IMG/VR virus record: IMGVR_UViG_2671180254_000012
Length of the DNA stretch: 9,669 bases
Strand: one strand, 5' to 3'
DNA from: a virus
Lineage: Duplodnaviria > Heunggongvirae > Uroviricota > Caudoviricetes
This document shows, piece by piece, positions 1 through 7,545 of this stretch. The notes under the pieces were generated by a model, which was not told the origin of the DNA, made no database searches, and saw only the letters and a program-made list of their open reading frames with translations. How positions within the stretch are numbered: position 1 is the first letter of the stretch; each line of letters starts with the position of its first letter. A program made the translations under genes and the position numbers.

Positions 1-90
1 GAACAGGAGGGACAGCTGATAGAAACAGAAGCCACTGGAGCACCTCAAAAACACCATCATACACTAAATCAGTAAGTTGGCAGCATCACC
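1..90. other. Sequence matching, from memory, the p15A (ColE1-type) plasmid replicon flank as carried in pACYC184, ending exactly where pACYC184 joins p15A to the Tn9 cat fragment
   Basis: Reverse complement of 1-90 reads GGTGATGCTGCCAACTTACTGATTTAGTGTATGATGGTGTTTTTGAGGTGCTCCAGTGGCTTCTGTTTCTATCAGCTGTCCCTCCTGTTC, which I recall as the p15A segment adjacent to the origin in pACYC-type vectors. Recall only, no search run. Confidence 0.4.
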
Positions 91-242
91 CCGCCACAGA
101 ACAATTATTGCTTTTGCCGTTGATGACAATAAAGTTTTTATCGCAGGCGTATACCACGGTGGGCAAATCTATGAAACCGATTTTTTATCCAGTGCACCGT
201 AAAACCCCCATCCTTCAGGGCGTGGCGGATATCAAACTTTGG

Positions 243-1325
243 TCATTTTCTCTGGCTGATCTTTACCGGATAACCATCCCGAAGATCAATTAAGTGCTCC
301 GGTTCAGAAGCAAACCATGCATAAGATCCCCACGCCAATTCTGGTATTGCCTTTTTAAAAGGCAGAGCACTTCTGTCCATAAATGCCGTAAGGAATGCAA
401 GATTTTTCTCGCTGAACCCAGCGTCAATAGCCAAATGAGTGAGAGTAACTTTTCGTTCCCTGTTTATAGGCCCATCTGTCGCAACTACTTCAGTGAAAAC
501 TACAAGCATGTCCGAACCCGTTCGGTCCTCTCCCAAATCAATCAAAATAATATCTGGAAGTGCTTTTGAGGCATCAATATTCAGCCCCAATGCTTTTGCC
601 AATACATCATCCTGAGCAACAACTTTATTCCCGGATTCAGACAACCAGAGCACAGTTGGATTCTTAAGAAAATTAGGAGCAAAAACTTCGATGACGGCCT
701 TAGCTATTGTACTTGACGGGCCCGGAGCTAAAGTTCTCTTCTCTCCATTTGGGAAAGTGACGACTACGGCATCAGCAGCAATCACTGCCCCTGATTTCAA
801 TAAACGCAACCTAGCAAGAGCGGCTTTGTTCAAATGATTTTCTTGCCAGGAACTTATTGCACTCAGCAGCGAATCTCCTTCAAGCCCGGCATCAAAGAGT
901 GCTGCAAAAGAGCGATTCAAACTGTAACGAGGACGAGAGGATGTGGTGGGTATACCTTTACGCTCAACAATTGCATTGCAAGGTATTAGGCCATTTTTTA
1001 TAGTTTCATCACGTATTGGCTCACGCGTATTTTCCGCATACCATGCATCAGCAGGCCTTATCTTTTGTTTAGAGAAAGTCATCTTTACCCAGCTTTCTCT
1101 GGACGCATCATCAGTAAGAGCAGCCTGCGAATCTCCCATACTTACAACCTGGCTGGGCCTTATCCATCGCCCCAGCCCCTCAACCGCACCAGCATAAAAC
1201 ATGACAAAAATTGTTTTTGCAGCTATTTCCCGAATTAAATATCCACGATTCTCAGTCCCTTCAGGGAAAATTAATTGTAATCTTTCCCGGATAACATTCA
1301 ATGGGGGAACAACAGGCAGATTCAT
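243..1325 (-). CDS. Type II restriction endonuclease, BsuBI/PstI family
   Basis: 360-aa ORF immediately downstream of and ATGA-overlapping (1322-1325) an N6-adenine methyltransferase gene; the protein resembles the BsuBI/PstI endonuclease family by overall recognition. Not verified by search. Confidence 0.65.
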   Translation of the reverse strand: MNLPVVPPLNVIRERLQLIFPEGTENRGYLIREIAAKTIFVMFYAGAVEGLGRWIRPSQVVSMGDSQAALTDDASRESWVKMTFSKQKIRPADAWYAENTREPIRDETIKNGLIPCNAIVERKGIPTTSSRPRYSLNRSFAALFDAGLEGDSLLSAISSWQENHLNKAALARLRLLKSGAVIAADAVVVTFPNGEKRTLAPGPSSTIAKAVIEVFAPNFLKNPTVLWLSESGNKVVAQDDVLAKALGLNIDASKALPDIILIDLGEDRTGSDMLVVFTEVVATDGPINRERKVTLTHLAIDAGFSEKNLAFLTAFMDRSALPFKKAIPELAWGSYAWFASEPEHLIDLRDGYPVKISQRK

Positions 1326-2796
1326 GCAATCATCACTCCATAGAAACCAGCGATAGTTCTCTCAATAATCCGTCTGTGGACGCCAGCATCAATTAACGAT
1401 TGAATCTCCATCACCTGCTCCAGAGAAGGCAACGGGATTGAATTCAATTCATAGGCCGAAACAGCAACACTTCCGCTTATACACCTGAACGCCCGATCGA
1501 CAACATGCGAATTAAGTAGCATATCAATAACATCAGGGCGAACCGCAGAGAACAATCCGTTTGAATATACAATATTAATATGGTTTTCAACTACTACGCC
1601 ACCAGTTTCATCTATAAATCCCTGAGGTAAAATTGCCGCTAAAATCCTTCTGTCCTGTTCCTTCGATGTTGTCCGCTGAACAAGCACACATTCAGATTTT
1701 GTCACAAGGAAACCCTGTTGTGGGGTTATATCGATATAGGGAACATGATTTTTTCTGTCTGCACTAAAACGAAAACCAGCTGAAGTTATTGATTCCGCCC
1801 AGACTAATGGGTAGCTATTTTTTCCTTTCGTCGTACGCAACTGCGACTTAAATCGATTCCAGACTAACTGACCTGTAGAGACTGAGTATCCCAGATCAGC
1901 TAAACGCGTAGACATCTGTTTTAATACATTAAGAAAACAGGCATCATCTTTAACGCGTGGCAAAAGCCACGTTGCTCCACCTTTTTCTATATCAACATTA
2001 CCTATTTTCTCAATTTTTGCTTTGTTCAACCCCTTAGGGACAAGTGAGGATACCTGGGCCCGAACTTTATGTTCTCCCGCCTTGAATGCTGTCAACATTG
2101 TTTCCTGGAGAACATCGTCAAAGACCCCATCCCTGTCAGTGACGAAATCAAGGGCATACGGAGTAGTTTTTTCGGTCAAAAGGGTTCGCAGCGCGGTGAA
2201 ATACTGCCCACCAAGAAAAGAAGTTGGCGTAAGAAATGCAATAACTCCTGTTTTCTCTTTAACCATGCGAACAGCTAAGTCGGTGAACAATCCATATAGA
2301 TTTGCATGACCAAATAACGAACGAGAATATTTTTCTCTCGTTTTAATATCGAGAGTGACACGTCCGTAAGGCGGATTCCCTACCACAAGATCATAACCAG
2401 AAAATTTATCTTGCTGAAGCGCATCAGCAACAATAATTGTATCTTCAGGCAATCTACGTTTTACCTTTACACATAGTGGCATTAGTACAGATTCGAGCAA
2501 TACCAAACTCATCCAAGCCGCAAATGGATCGATCTCTATCCCCTTTAAACGACGACTGATTCTCCTCAACATCCATTCAGGGGAAGACCCCTTGTCTTTT
2601 TTTAACATTCGAATGGCTACTGGTGCCAAAAATGCACCGCCACCACACGCAGGATCAATAACCGATGCATGAGAAAAATCAACACCAGACTTTTCAGCCA
2701 GGTCCAAGAGACGCGCTACCAAAGGTGGGGGGGTATAGTAAGCCCCCAATTCCGAACGGTAAGCGGATGGCAGCATTACCGTATAAATTGACCCAA
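1322..2796 (-). CDS. N6-adenine DNA methyltransferase, gamma-class (PstI/BsuBI-type M subunit); 5' end lies in the N-run
   Basis: Translation contains GAYYTPPP (motif X), DPACGGGAFL (SAM-binding motif I) and VVGNPPYGR (catalytic motif IV, NPPY) in the gamma-class order. Stop TGA at 1322-1324 overlaps the endonuclease ATG. The N-terminus is hidden by the gap at 2797-3058. Confidence 0.8.
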
Positions 2797-3058
2797 NNNN
2801 NNNNNNNNNNNNNNNNNNNNNNNNNNNNNNNNNNNNNNNNNNNNNNNNNNNNNNNNNNNNNNNNNNNNNNNNNNNNNNNNNNNNNNNNNNNNNNNNNNNN
2901 NNNNNNNNNNNNNNNNNNNNNNNNNNNNNNNNNNNNNNNNNNNNNNNNNNNNNNNNNNNNNNNNNNNNNNNNNNNNNNNNNNNNNNNNNNNNNNNNNNNN
3001 NNNNNNNNNNNNNNNNNNNNNNNNNNNNNNNNNNNNNNNNNNNNNNNNNNNNNNNNNN
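2797..3058. other. Run of N (262 nt), assembly gap or masked segment
   Basis: Directly visible in the sequence. Confidence 0.95.
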
Positions 3059-3140
3059 TGGCCATGGCTTTACAAGTTTGATATCTTTCCAGATTAGAAA
3101 ACTCATTATCTGTAAAAAAATCAAAATGTTGCACATTCAT
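3059..3140 (-). CDS. 5' part of a small ORF of unknown function upstream of the methyltransferase (3' end in gap); could instead be the methyltransferase N-terminus
   Basis: ATG at 3140 (minus) giving MNVQHFDFFTDNEFSNLERYQTCKAMA before the N-run; weak AGGA upstream. Alternative starts at 3176 and 3136. Frame continuity across the gap cannot be established. Confidence 0.3.
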
Positions 3141-3390
3141 AATGTAAAATCCTAATGTATCAAACATGCGGGCCATAACATCTCATGGTGGCGCATAGCA
3201 AACTGGCCCGAAGAATATCACGCACCAAGTCGATCTCATAACCCGTTATGACAATAAATCTTTGTAGCTGAACTCACTTGGTGATTTGTCAATCATTCCT
3301 GGCCTCCAGTTCGTCCTGAATCTCTTTATCGAGTTCACCGTATTTGTTAGTCCTCATCACTCACGACTTGACTTCCAGAAATAACCTTGA

Positions 3391-3747
3391 TTATTCGGGG
3401 CTATATTTTGTCACCCTGCGTATCCGCGCTTTCGCATTACGCTCAATCTGGATTAGCTTTTCTATATTTTTTCGCCTTTCCCGCTCCTCCTGGCGCAAGA
3501 GCCTTACATCATCTGCCAGTCTGGTTTCTCTTTTCGCCACAGAGAGCATCCAGTCAAATGGCTCCACAACTGCACCGCAAATTTTACAGCGGACCTGACG
3601 CTCTTTTTCGTCAACCCGGACAGAAGCGTGATGGCAATATGGTCTTTCCGATGGCTCATAAAGAAAATTAACCTGATTACGAGGGTTATCCTCTTTTACC
3701 GGAAATAAAACAATATTGCTTAACTCATCTTCTGGTTTTATTTCCAT
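3391..3747 (-). CDS. Hypothetical phage protein with putative zinc ribbon (C-H-H...C-x-x-C) and a charged coiled-coil tail
   Basis: ATG at 3747 preceded by strong RBS (AAAGGAGAGGAGC) on the minus strand; the longest ORF extends to a GTG at 3804. Translation MEIKPEDELSNIVLFPV...CHHASVRVDEKERQVRCKICG...RRKNIEKLIQIERNAKARIRR. Confidence 0.5.
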   Translation of the reverse strand: MEIKPEDELSNIVLFPVKEDNPRNQVNFLYEPSERPYCHHASVRVDEKERQVRCKICGAVVEPFDWMLSVAKRETRLADDVRLLRQEERERRKNIEKLIQIERNAKARIRRVTKYSPE

Positions 3748-3804
3748 GCTCCTCTCCTTTGATGCGAATGCCAGCGGTAATTGAAGCCTGATAGCTAATT
3801 TCAC

Positions 3805-4227
3805 TCACAGTACCGCCTCCTGAAAATCACCCTGATAGAAAGCCGGTACACGCTGCATAACTTCACTCTTCCGGCACTCGCGACAGATTATGTTCTGATG
3901 TCTGTCGTAGCGGCGTATTTCTCCGTCCGGTAATGACCAGATAAGGTCCGGATCAACCACAGATGGTTTCTTCAGCTTTGCCCTCGAGAGTTTTTTGCGG
4001 GCGTTTTGCCAGTCCTTACGAGCCTGTTCAGACGGGAATAACCCGTAGCCAGAGTTGTATACATCCCCACTGGCAACCAGCTCTCTGGCGAGAACGCTTA
4101 TTAAATATCTTGTCGCCCCGGTTTTAGCTTCCAGTTGTCGTAACGTCTCGCGCCCACTCTGGCGTACGAGTTCAACAACCTGCCCCTTAATTTTTTCCCG
4201 CTCTTCCTGTGTAAATACTTTTGCCAT
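3805..4227 (-). CDS. Hypothetical phage protein with a predicted HTH segment
   Basis: ATG at 4227 with G-rich RBS; the longest ORF begins at a TTG at 4242. HTH-like stretch GRETLRQLEAKTGATRYLISVLARELVASG. Co-oriented with and tightly packed behind the replication genes. Confidence 0.5.
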   Translation of the reverse strand: MAKVFTQEEREKIKGQVVELVRQSGRETLRQLEAKTGATRYLISVLARELVASGDVYNSGYGLFPSEQARKDWQNARKKLSRAKLKKPSVVDPDLIWSLPDGEIRRYDRHQNIICRECRKSEVMQRVPAFYQGDFQEAVL

Positions 4228-4242
4228 AAGCGCCCCCGGCAA

Positions 4243-4968
4243 TCACTTTTCCGACACAATACGACCGGAGGAATCGACAATCTGTCGAACAATATCCCGG
4301 TGCTTGTTCAGCTCCCGCAACGCGGCGCAGACACGCTCCCACTTCTGGACATGACTTTTCGCCCGACGCAGTTCGCGGTTTGCCATATGCAGCGATGGTA
4401 AAACCAGGTCATCCGCTTGCGTTTCGGTGAACGATGGCAACGACTGCACAATGTCCGCCACAGTTTCTGTTTTAATTTCTTCCTGTGTTGCAGCTTCCTG
4501 TACCGGTAACGCAACACCTGCTGGCTGAGGAAAGACTTTACCATCCGTTTCCGCTATGGATGCGGCTTTCGGCTCTGCCGGTAAATCAGCGCCCGGTATG
4601 CAGTACCGAAATTTACCGCCCTGATTCACGCGAATCAGACGCCCTTTGCTGATTGCCATGGCCAGCGATGAATTCGCCCGGCGGGAGGTAATCCCGAACA
4701 TCAGTGCCAGCTCATCCGCCGTTTGTGGGCCATGTTGTTCAATCGCCTCAGTCAGCATTTGCGCTGTCACTTTCGGTACCGGTGACACTGGTTCACTTTC
4801 ACCAGCCTGAATCAGCCACCACATCGAACCCTTGTTATCCGCTTCACCACGGCGCTTCAGTTTCCACAGTTCGTTGACCGCATCTTCACGGCTGATTCCA
4901 AGGCGGGACGCCACCACATGTGAAGAGGCTCTTTTCAGTGCTTTCAGTGCGTCAAATACAGTTTCCAT
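4243..4968 (-). CDS. Hypothetical phage protein with two tandem winged-helix-like domains and a C-terminal helical region
   Basis: ATG at 4968 with GGAGGA RBS 9 nt upstream (minus strand); the track start at 4986 is a TTG. Two HTH-like segments ([24 protein letters not shown] and [31 protein letters not shown]). Starts 22 nt after the DnaC-like stop. Confidence 0.55.
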   Translation of the reverse strand: METVFDALKALKRASSHVVASRLGISREDAVNELWKLKRRGEADNKGSMWWLIQAGESEPVSPVPKVTAQMLTEAIEQHGPQTADELALMFGITSRRANSSLAMAISKGRLIRVNQGGKFRYCIPGADLPAEPKAASIAETDGKVFPQPAGVALPVQEAATQEEIKTETVADIVQSLPSFTETQADDLVLPSLHMANRELRRAKSHVQKWERVCAALRELNKHRDIVRQIVDSSGRIVSEK

Positions 4969-4989
4969 TAAAACATCCTCCAACAAAAA

Positions 4990-5476
4990 TTACTTCACAA
5001 CTCCCGGAAAGCTGACATTTGAACGCCAGCTATCCCAGTTAAACGTCACCCACCGACAACCGTTCATGGTCATGCGGTCCATAATCCTCTCACCAAGAAG
5101 CGTGCTCATTGCGGCATGATTCAGGTTTGTTAACATCCCGACACTGCACAGTGATGCTGTCCGGCGATCAATTATCTGGTGCAATACCACCTGCTCGTTT
5201 TTCGTCTCCCGCTGAATGCCTATTTCATCCAGGACCAGCAAATCAACCCCGCAAAGCTCCTGTAAAAATTTTTCACCGGATTTGCCGTTGTCGTAGCTGT
5301 CATGCAACACGCTCATGACATCAGACTCGGTGACGATAATCACGCTGCGCCCCTTCGCCATCAGCCGGTTACCCATCGCCGCTGCAAGGTGATTTTTCCC
5401 GGTGCCGGTTTTACCGCTGAACACAAAATTCGTGCACCCGGTCATCAGTTCGTCAGCTATGGATTTGGCCTGGCTC
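4990..5476 (-). CDS. DnaC-like AAA+ helicase loader (phage replication protein), N-terminus in gap
   Basis: Walker A FSGKTGTGKNHLAAAMG and Walker B-like LLVLDEIG; the frame stays open upstream of the ATG at 5445 to the N-run edge (SQAKSIADEL...), so the true start is hidden. Confidence 0.75.
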
Positions 5477-5726
5477 NNNNNNNNNNNNNNNNNNNNNNNN
5501 NNNNNNNNNNNNNNNNNNNNNNNNNNNNNNNNNNNNNNNNNNNNNNNNNNNNNNNNNNNNNNNNNNNNNNNNNNNNNNNNNNNNNNNNNNNNNNNNNNNN
5601 NNNNNNNNNNNNNNNNNNNNNNNNNNNNNNNNNNNNNNNNNNNNNNNNNNNNNNNNNNNNNNNNNNNNNNNNNNNNNNNNNNNNNNNNNNNNNNNNNNNN
5701 NNNNNNNNNNNNNNNNNNNNNNNNNN
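5477..5726. other. Run of N (250 nt), assembly gap or masked segment
   Basis: Directly visible in the sequence. Confidence 0.95.
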
Positions 5727-6640
5727 TTCACACAACGCTGGTTGTTCGTGCCGCTTACCGGGAGCAACCAGGGGTTTTCAAAATTCCGGTCCGGCCCAAA
5801 AAACGTCGTCGCTCGCTGAACAAATTCCGTTCCCGCTTTCCCGGTCGCCGCCAGGTATCTCGCGTAACGCCTCACACCATCCAGCATGGTCTCTGGTGGC
5901 ACCCCCTCGCGCAATCTGGCCTTCCAGGCACTGAATGCGGATTTCTTCGGGTTTGCCCCGGCACGCAACGGGTATTCCCGCCAGACCTGTTCGAACACAT
6001 CCGGATAATCCACTCGTCCCACAGGCTGCCCGGTGTTTTCCGGGGCTACCCGATCGGCTTCCCGCTGAATGGCGGAATCGGCTTCAGGCTGCTGCAGTTG
6101 GAGTGATTGCTCCGGCCTTGCGGTCATCACCTGCTGCACAGCGCCCGAATCGGCTTTCAGCGCATACGCTGAATCGGCTTCCGGTGTCGAGCCTGCTGGC
6201 TGACCAGGATTGACGGTCTGAACATCCCCTGCCTGGTTCGTGGCGTTTTTTACGCCATGGACCATAGTGTTTTGATCTTCTTTATCTGTATCTTTATCTG
6301 TATCTGTCGTGACTCGTCGTGACATGTGCGTGACATTTCGTGACGCGCCGTGACAATCGCCATTTTGTTCCCGCTTTCTTTCCCTCTCTCGCTGCGCCCT
6401 CTTGCGCTCTGCAGGAGATTTTGCGGTTTGCGAAATATTGCCGTTGTCCTCTTTAAGCACCTGGCGTTTTTCCCATCCAGTGATTAAATCACCATCAAGT
6501 ACCCGCCCCTGCATCGTCTGCAAAATTGAATCAATTACCTCTTCTGTCACGTCGAGCGCACTTGCCAAATCTTCTGTCGTGACATCAATGTGACCTCGCG
6601 TGACATTTCGTGACGCGCTCACCAGGAGGTGGATATACAC
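5727..6640 (-). CDS. Phage replication initiator (O-like / YdaU-like replisome organiser), both ends in gaps
   Basis: Open frame between two N-runs; N-terminal DNA-binding-like region, low-complexity acidic linker (TDTDKDTDKED, PEADSA repeats) and conserved C-terminal region (DYPDVFEQVWREYPLRAGANPKK...TTFFGPDRNFENPW). Sits between YdaT-like and DnaC-like genes as in Rac-type replication modules. Contains iteron-like DNA repeats. Confidence 0.6.
6053..6181. repeat. Four copies of (GA)ATCGGCTT(C/T) in the initiator linker-coding region
   Basis: Copies beginning at 6053, 6077, 6149 and 6173 (spacings 24, 72, 24 bp); they encode the EADS/KADS peptide repeats of the initiator. Confidence 0.45.
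6281..6354. repeat. Iteron-like array: two tandem 12-mers (TTTATCTGTATC) followed by five helically phased CGTGAC repeats; candidate replication origin
   Basis: 12-mers at 6281-6292 and 6293-6304; CGTGAC at 6308, 6318, 6329, 6339 and 6349 (spacings 10, 11, 10, 10 bp); AT-rich tract immediately adjacent (about 6265-6305). Confidence 0.45.
6579..6618. repeat. Second phased GTGAC array; includes an exact 21-bp copy of a segment of the first array
   Basis: GTGAC at 6579, 6590, 6600 and 6610 (spacings 11, 10, 10 bp); GCGTGACATTTCGTGACGCGC at 6598-6618 is identical to 6328-6348. Confidence 0.45.
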
Positions 6641-6895
6641 NNNNNNNNNNNNNNNNNNNNNNNNNNNNNNNNNNNNNNNNNNNNNNNNNNNNNNNNNNNN
6701 NNNNNNNNNNNNNNNNNNNNNNNNNNNNNNNNNNNNNNNNNNNNNNNNNNNNNNNNNNNNNNNNNNNNNNNNNNNNNNNNNNNNNNNNNNNNNNNNNNNN
6801 NNNNNNNNNNNNNNNNNNNNNNNNNNNNNNNNNNNNNNNNNNNNNNNNNNNNNNNNNNNNNNNNNNNNNNNNNNNNNNNNNNNNNNNNNNNNNNN
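6641..6895. other. Run of N (255 nt), assembly gap or masked segment
   Basis: Directly visible in the sequence. Confidence 0.95.
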
Positions 6896-7249
6896 GACAA
6901 AATCATCAGCGTCTCTCACCAGTCGTTCATGCGTCTCCACCAGTTCCCGAAAATAAGCTGAACTGTGGCTGCGCATTCGAGCCACCAGCGGAGGTGGCAT
7001 TGCCCTTTCGATCGCAGGTAACAACGCCTGAATTTTTTCAACAGCGTCAGGGGTGTCTTTATCCAGCCAACGGAAAATCTTTTGGGTGTTGAGATAAAGC
7101 GTGTTGTGCTTGCTGTCGTTATGCAGAACCGGAAACGTCATTCCCAGTTCGAAATAAACCCTGGTTATTTCAGCTGCCGGAACTTTTTCACCGTCCGGAT
7201 GCGCCCAGGCTTTCATCGCCATGCGGATGTGTTCATGCTTGATTTTCAT
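6896..7249 (-). CDS. ydaT: YdaT-like protein (Rac-prophage-type, proposed CII-like regulator/toxin), C-terminus in gap
   Basis: N-terminus MKIKHEHIRMAMKAWAHPDGEKVPAAEITR... recalled as the YdaT family; ATG at 7249 overlaps the stop of the upstream HTH gene in an ATGA arrangement. Confidence 0.6.
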
Positions 7250-7509
7250 GAATCAACCCCCGCCGATGGTTGTGTGTTAGCCTGAAACTCAGCAGGCAAG
7301 CCGTCAGTTGGGTTGGGGTAGGTTTTACTGTCAATCTCATGTGGGGTCACCACCCATCCCGTTGCTTCACACCAACGTAATATTTTTTCTCCTGTAAGTT
7401 TTGCACGCCCCGTTATAACGTGGCTGACCATCCCTTGGGATGCGCCAACAATCTCAGCAAATGAACTCTGGGTTATATGAAAATGATGCAAATATTCTCC
7501 AAGATTCAT
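7246..7509 (-). CDS. Cro/YdaS-like HTH DNA-binding protein (first gene of the rightward early operon)
   Basis: ATG at 7509 with AGGGCGGA RBS; HTH segment SSFAEIVGASQGMVSHVITG; divergent from the repressor gene; stop overlaps the YdaT-like start. The longest ORF starts at a TTG at 7536. Confidence 0.6.
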   Translation of the reverse strand: MNLGEYLHHFHITQSSFAEIVGASQGMVSHVITGRAKLTGEKILRWCEATGWVVTPHEIDSKTYPNPTDGLPAEFQANTQPSAGVDS

Positions 7510-7545
7510 AATCCGCCCTATGTGATGTGTTACCAATGCATAATT

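Noticed and set aside
73-82. TAAGTTGGCA resembling part of the lambda att core
   Set aside because: Only a 10-nt match, within chance expectation for a window this size; no integrase gene or flanking arm-type sites visible.
108-293. 61-aa plus-strand ORF
   Set aside because: TTG start, no RBS, and it overlaps the 3' end of the endonuclease gene convergently; likely spurious.
294-2309. Plus-strand ORFs of 69-95 aa (294-569, 943-1197, 2022-2309, 2069-2278) antisense to the R-M genes
   Set aside because: Lie entirely within well-supported minus-strand genes; typical antisense frame artefacts.
1322-3136. Single 604-aa methyltransferase ORF in the supplied track
   Set aside because: Its continuity depends on translating through 262 N; the segment upstream of the gap (MCNILIFLQ...) looks non-protein-like and gamma-class enzymes of this type are about 500 aa. 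Annotated as a partial methyltransferase plus a separate uncertain small ORF.
3137-3390. Promoter call for the R-M operon in the 254-bp intergenic region
   Set aside because: A perfect TTGACA hexamer is present on the minus strand but no acceptable -10 at 16-18 bp spacing; left uncalled.
3344-3671. Plus-strand ORFs 3344-3598 and 3387-3671
   Set aside because: Antisense to the zinc-ribbon gene with good RBS; no start context.
4055-4544. Overlapping ORFs 4055-4354 (+), 4101-4292 (-) and the Arg-rich 4308-4544 (-)
   Set aside because: Alternative frames inside better-supported genes (3805-4227 and 4243-4968); low-complexity translations.
4832-6213. Plus-strand ORFs (4832-5119, 5109-5318, 5302-5934, 5402-6106, 5935-6213) and minus 5457-5735
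   Set aside because: Antisense to or frame-shifted within the DnaC-like and initiator genes, or composed mainly of N; artefacts of GC-rich sequence and N read-through.
6308-6618. GTGAC repeat arrays considered as a possible CRISPR array
   Set aside because: Repeat unit is only 5-6 bp at helical phasing, lies inside an open reading frame, and has no spacer/repeat structure of CRISPR dimensions.
6402-7092. ORFs 6402-6593 (+), 6600-6956 (+), 6610-7092 (+), 6619-6906 (-) and 6629-6961 (+)
   Set aside because: Mostly consist of N translated as X, or are antisense to the initiator and YdaT-like genes.
5453-7249. Single 598-aa ORF in the supplied track
   Set aside because: Reads through two N-runs; by content it is a YdaT-like gene (6896-7249) plus a separate initiator gene (5727-6640) plus a short tail.
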